Source: a virus (Duplodnaviria > Caudoviricetes). From it: a DNA stretch of 28,312 nt. Below are positions 25,304-28,312 of the stretch, one piece after another; position 1 is the first letter of the stretch, and each line of letters starts with the position of its first letter. The DNA is taken from positions 1-28,312 of the IMG/VR virus record IMGVR_UViG_3300027863_000141, one strand, 5' to 3'. The notes under the pieces were generated by a model. That model searched no databases. It saw only the letters and a list, made by a program, of their open reading frames with translations, and was not told the DNA's origin. The translations under genes were made by a program, and so were the position numbers.

Positions 25304-26431
25304 CTATGGAGTAATTAGTCTTGTATTGATGAGGTCATTGATAACGACAGAGTCAGTGTTAACAGTATCTTCAAATAAACCGGTGCTGTTAACAGGTATT
25401 GAAATAATTTGATTGCCATTAGTGGCATTCTTGCGGAACGCAAAAGTGGAATTAGAACTCAATCCGCTGTTGGCGGAAATATAAATTTGCATATTGGAAG
25501 CCGTAAACGCCATGGGGCTTATTGATTGGCCACCATAGTATGGGTCGCCAGCAAATGCATAACTTGTGGTAGTCGCGGGGTTTTGTAAAAGGCCTTCCGA
25601 TTCCGAAGCGATTGTATTGAACTTATTATTGGTTGTGTACATCTCAACACCCAACACATCAATCCTGGAAGTAGAAGCTGACGCCCCTCCCGTGATTGAG
25701 AAGTTAATCAAGTCGCCCGAAGCTACCGAATCGGTATTCGTCGTATTCTCAAATAGTCCTGTTGCACTCGCCCCACGGCTGATTACCACATTGCCGTTGA
25801 CTCCGTTGATGCGAACCCTAAATGTATCCGTTACATTCCTTGAATTACTGCTGGTATACAGGCACATGTTTTTCAAGGTGCCAGCCGTTCTACACTTGAA
25901 TTGTGCGTATGCCTCTGTCGCGGTGCCCAAAACATATGTACTTGAACCAGGATAACCACCAAGTCCGCAGTAAACAGTTGAACTATTTGGGCCGGACATA
26001 TCCCACCCGGCACTTCCCTGTGCAATGTATTTTGTCATCGTGCCAGATGTTGCCTCAAAGACTGTGTTGACACAAGAACAATAAATGCTGTAGGAGGAGC
26101 CTACAACTGCCTTGATGGCAAGATAGTCTCCAGCAGCAACAGAATCGGTATGGATGGTATCACTATAATTTCCAGTTGTTCCGGCCGGGATGGAAATTGT
26201 CATATTGCCATTTGCCGAGTTCTTGCGTGATGTGAACGTGGTAGACGACGTAGTGCTATTAGTAGTGCACTTAATTGACAAGTTGCTGAGTGTTCCGGCG
26301 GATTGAAACCTTACGCGCTTATTCGCTTCTGTTGAGTCAACAAAGCATGGACAATTACCAACGGAAATATAATACGTTGTTGCTGGAGGGAGAAACACAT
26401 ACATGCTCCCAAATTGTACTGCCTTGGCCAT
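25304..26431 (-). CDS. Ser/Thr/Asn-rich protein with three tandem beta domains; putative fibre tip
   Basis: Three copies of T..N.....NS....F..R.N..NGN..IS.....TG...D...TDSV...D; lower GC than neighbours. Confidence 0.8.
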   Translation of the reverse strand: MAKAVQFGSMYVFLPPATTYYISVGNCPCFVDSTEANKRVRFQSAGTLSNLSIKCTTNSTTSSTTFTSRKNSANGNMTISIPAGTTGNYSDTIHTDSVAAGDYLAIKAVVGSSYSIYCSCVNTVFEATSGTMTKYIAQGSAGWDMSGPNSSTVYCGLGGYPGSSTYVLGTATEAYAQFKCRTAGTLKNMCLYTSSNSRNVTDTFRVRINGVNGNVVISRGASATGLFENTTNTDSVASGDLINFSITGGASASTSRIDVLGVEMYTTNNKFNTIASESEGLLQNPATTTSYAFAGDPYYGGQSISPMAFTASNMQIYISANSGLSSNSTFAFRKNATNGNQIISIPVNSTGLFEDTVNTDSVVINDLINTRLITP

Positions 26432-26433
26432 TG

Positions 26434-26832
26434 TCAGAATGCTTTATGTGCTCGAAAAACGCTGTCAGCAAAGCTTTGCAGCTCGGCGCGGCGGACAGTA
26501 GAGAGCTTGGGAGCCGTCACTTTCAGGTTTCGGTCCTTGTCAAACGACCATTGCACCTCGCCGTCTTTGATGACCGAATTGCCATTAGCATCAACCTGGG
26601 CAAGCTCAGGAAAAGATTCCGCTATGCGGGCTAGGGTGATGTTCTTGCCCTGGTTCTCTTTCACTATGGTCGCGTAGTGCGCCACGTCGTTGGGTGTGCT
26701 GGCATGCGCCGGGCATTTGGTTATCACCTTGGACACGGTATGCACTCTCTGGTCCTGGGGAATGCTGTCGTCCCATTTGTATTCCAAAACGCACCCGCAA
26801 GTGTCGGGGCTCCATTGTGTGGTTTGAATCAT
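26434..26832 (-). CDS. Hypothetical Cys/His protein, possible fibre chaperone
   Basis: WSPDTCGC...CPAH; stop is 2 nt before the next start. Confidence 0.7.
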   Translation of the reverse strand: MIQTTQWSPDTCGCVLEYKWDDSIPQDQRVHTVSKVITKCPAHASTPNDVAHYATIVKENQGKNITLARIAESFPELAQVDANGNSVIKDGEVQWSFDKDRNLKVTAPKLSTVRRAELQSFADSVFRAHKAF

Positions 26833-26933
26833 AGGGGTTGTGAAATGAATAATAACAGAGCACCGCTAACGACGTTGACGGCGGTTTAGGCTGAGCGGGG
26901 CCAAGAATAGACCGCCCGTGTCGGCGTGTGCTG

Positions 26934-27097
26934 TTAGCTCAAAGTGATGTCTAAGGTCTTAGAATGAACGTTCCTATGACACTTCAGACACAAGGTCATT
27001 CCATTATCTAAGGCAAATCTCAACTCTGGGAAGTGAGCAAACTCCTTTGTAGTTGTGCTTGAGGCGATACTTTCCAGTGTTTTCCGAGAGTTGTCAT
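26934..27097 (-). pseudogene. Internally deleted NUMOD3-HNH homing endonuclease
   Basis: [11 protein letters not shown] in one frame; [28 protein letters not shown] in another. Confidence 0.82.
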
Positions 27098-27103
27098 CCC
27101 GGA

Positions 27104-27616
27104 CTAACTAAGTGAAATGTCTAAGCTAAGCTCCCAAGTTTGGCCGGAAGTCTTCGTACCCTGGCTGGATACTTTGCGGTTCAGCATGATACCACCGCTG
27201 GAAGCGTTGAAAACGCCGAACTCGTTCCAGGCGAAGTTGGCGTCAGTGCCGCCAAAGGTGGATTTCCAGGTGGCTTTCTGGCTGGTGCCATAGGTCGGGT
27301 AGGAAGCGTCCATGGCCTTGCGGAGCTTGTTGGTCGCGGCCTGAAGGTCGGTTTGGGTTGCGGCTTCGGCGGTGGAGCTGTCGCCTACGCCCAAATAGGC
27401 GTTGGTGTTGTCAAACTTCGTACCGCCCGATGAACAGAGAATTGTCCAAAGCTGGTTGATGCCAGCATTGAGCAGCATGTTCATGTCAAACTTGGAGACT
27501 TCGTAAGGAGAGGTGTGGGTGCATACCGCGTCAGGGCCGCACGCCTCGCAGTTCTTGTGCTTGGCGATGGCCCACTGGGTGCGGTAATGCGCCTTGTCAG
27601 TGGATAGTTTTTCCAT
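27104..27616 (-). CDS. Beta-rich virion protein, putative fibre subunit
   Basis: N.LLN.G...YLGVG...TA....QTDL...F....ANF.W.EFGVFN...G.MLNR; start reassigned to ATG at 27616. Confidence 0.8.
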   Translation of the reverse strand: MEKLSTDKAHYRTQWAIAKHKNCEACGPDAVCTHTSPYEVSKFDMNMLLNAGINQLWTILCSSGGTKFDNTNAYLGVGDSSTAEAATQTDLQAATNKLRKAMDASYPTYGTSQKATWKSTFGGTDANFAWNEFGVFNASSGGIMLNRKVSSQGTKTSGQTWELSLDISLS

Positions 27617-27629
27617 TGAAGTGGTTGGA

Positions 27630-27773
27630 TTACTGTTCTTCTTCTGCGGGAGCGTTAAGGCGGGCCTCAAGCTCCTTGGCGCTCTCGATGAACTTGAGCG
27701 CGACTTCGAGCGGCACCTCGCGGTAGGCGTTGGCTGTCGGGTCGAAGATGGAAACCATTTGCTGTTTTGGCAT
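27630..27773 (-). CDS. Small protein, 47 aa; not in ORF track
   Basis: MPKQQMVSIFDPTANAYREVPLEVALKFIESAKELEARLNAPAEEEQ fills the gap exactly. Confidence 0.75.
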   Translation of the reverse strand: MPKQQMVSIFDPTANAYREVPLEVALKFIESAKELEARLNAPAEEEQ

Positions 27774-27777
27774 GGGT

Positions 27778-28125
27778 CTATTTCTTAACGACTAAGGTGG
27801 CGAGGATTTCCTCGGCGGGTTTGATTTTGCGCTTGCCGCCCTTCACGGTTTCCGTGGCGACGCCGTAGCGCTTGGCAATTTCAGCCAAGATGACTTCGGG
27901 GATTTCATCCTCGTAAACTTCCACGTAGCTCATGGGCGACTTATCCAGGCGGGCGATTCTCTCGCCGGTCTGGTACAGGCCGGGCTTCCAGGTCTCGGTT
28001 TCTGAGACGTAGCTCTCAACCTTGAGCCAGTAGAAATAAAGGCCCTTGGGGGCTTTTGTTTTAGGAGCCTTGGTCGGCTGCTCTACGCCTTCGGCAGACG
28101 GCTCCTGTTTGGGTTGTTTTGTCAT
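27778..28125 (-). CDS. Hypothetical protein downstream of capsid gene
   Basis: ORF track; A/C-rich leader. Confidence 0.75.
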   Translation of the reverse strand: MTKQPKQEPSAEGVEQPTKAPKTKAPKGLYFYWLKVESYVSETETWKPGLYQTGERIARLDKSPMSYVEVYEDEIPEVILAEIAKRYGVATETVKGGKRKIKPAEEILATLVVKK

Positions 28126-28151
28126 GTTTGGGTTCGCTTAATGATGGAAAG

Positions 28152-28176
28152 AAGGCCGGGGTATTAAGCCGGCCTT
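28152..28176 (-). terminator. Hairpin after capsid gene (weak terminator/stabiliser)
   Basis: AAGGCCGG/CCGGCCTT 8-bp stem followed by CTTTCC on the minus strand. Confidence 0.6.
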
Positions 28177-28188
28177 TAGTCAAACGAT

Positions 28189-28311
28189 TTAGGTGAGGCC
28201 TACCAAAGCGCCGTGGTCGGTGCCAATGCCTTCAACCGCCAAACCAAACTTGCCTTGCAAGGTCTGCTTGTTTTCACGGCTGTTGCACGGCTCCGGAGCG
28301 AAGCGAAGTTC
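28189..28311 (-). CDS. Major capsid protein, C-terminal fragment
   Basis: ELRFAPEPCNSRENKQTLQGKFGLAVEGIGTDHGALVGLT*; resembles HK97-fold (DUF5309-like) C-termini, followed by a hairpin. Confidence 0.6.
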   Translation of the reverse strand, partial: ELRFAPEPCNSRENKQTLQGKFGLAVEGIGTDHGALVGLT

Positions 28312-28312
28312 A

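Larger units (their letters stand above)
196..28312. mobile_element. Temperate siphovirus-type prophage/phage, continues beyond the right edge
   Basis: Integrase beside a tRNA, replication module, lysis genes, tape measure, tail tube, neck and capsid genes in canonical order; no sheath gene. Confidence 0.92.

Noticed and set aside
15052-25318. Long plus-strand ORFs (e.g. 16740..17678, 18847..19572, 20986..21720, 24251..25051)
   Set aside because: Shadow frames of well-supported minus-strand structural genes
14162-26431. Diversity-generating retroelement or shufflon acting on fibre genes
   Set aside because: No reverse transcriptase, TR/VR pair, invertase or inverted cassettes seen in the window
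196-28312. Stop-codon reassignment
   Set aside because: Genes are full length in the standard code and end in TAA, TAG and TGA; the TAG at 25304 is not followed by an in-frame continuation

Overview
One end of a temperate long-tailed (siphovirus-type) prophage or phage genome next to a tRNA-Pro(CGG). Left to right: tRNA-Pro (- strand) abutting a short Xer-like tyrosine integrase; an SphI-like type II restriction-modification pair; a leftward early operon (T4 Imm-like protein, DUF1064, NinB-like, PD-(D/E)XK nuclease, lambda O-like initiator with an internal iteron origin); a divergent control region with a DnaA box and a C4/CI-like antisense RNA instead of a visible repressor gene; SSB and related genes; two blocks of Shine-Dalgarno-led accessory genes (silencer-like Zn protein, small HNH, DUF932, small ssDNA-binding protein); scattered lysis genes; tRNA-Met, a degenerate tRNA-Trp and an unknown 77-nt structured RNA; then a complete tail and neck module running to the C-terminus of the major capsid protein. 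Most notable: (i) two gene-expression grammars in one genome (SD-less TTAAC leaders with DnaA-box promoters versus perfect GGAGG leaders), suggesting a Patescibacteria-type phage core resident in a conventional host; (ii) a head/neck fibre module with a 27 x 18-aa repeat 'ruler' protein and a tip domain split across two genes; (iii) a homing-endonuclease relic that replaced the 3' end of its target gene; (iv) RNA-based control of replication. All family assignments come from motif recognition and recall, not database searches.
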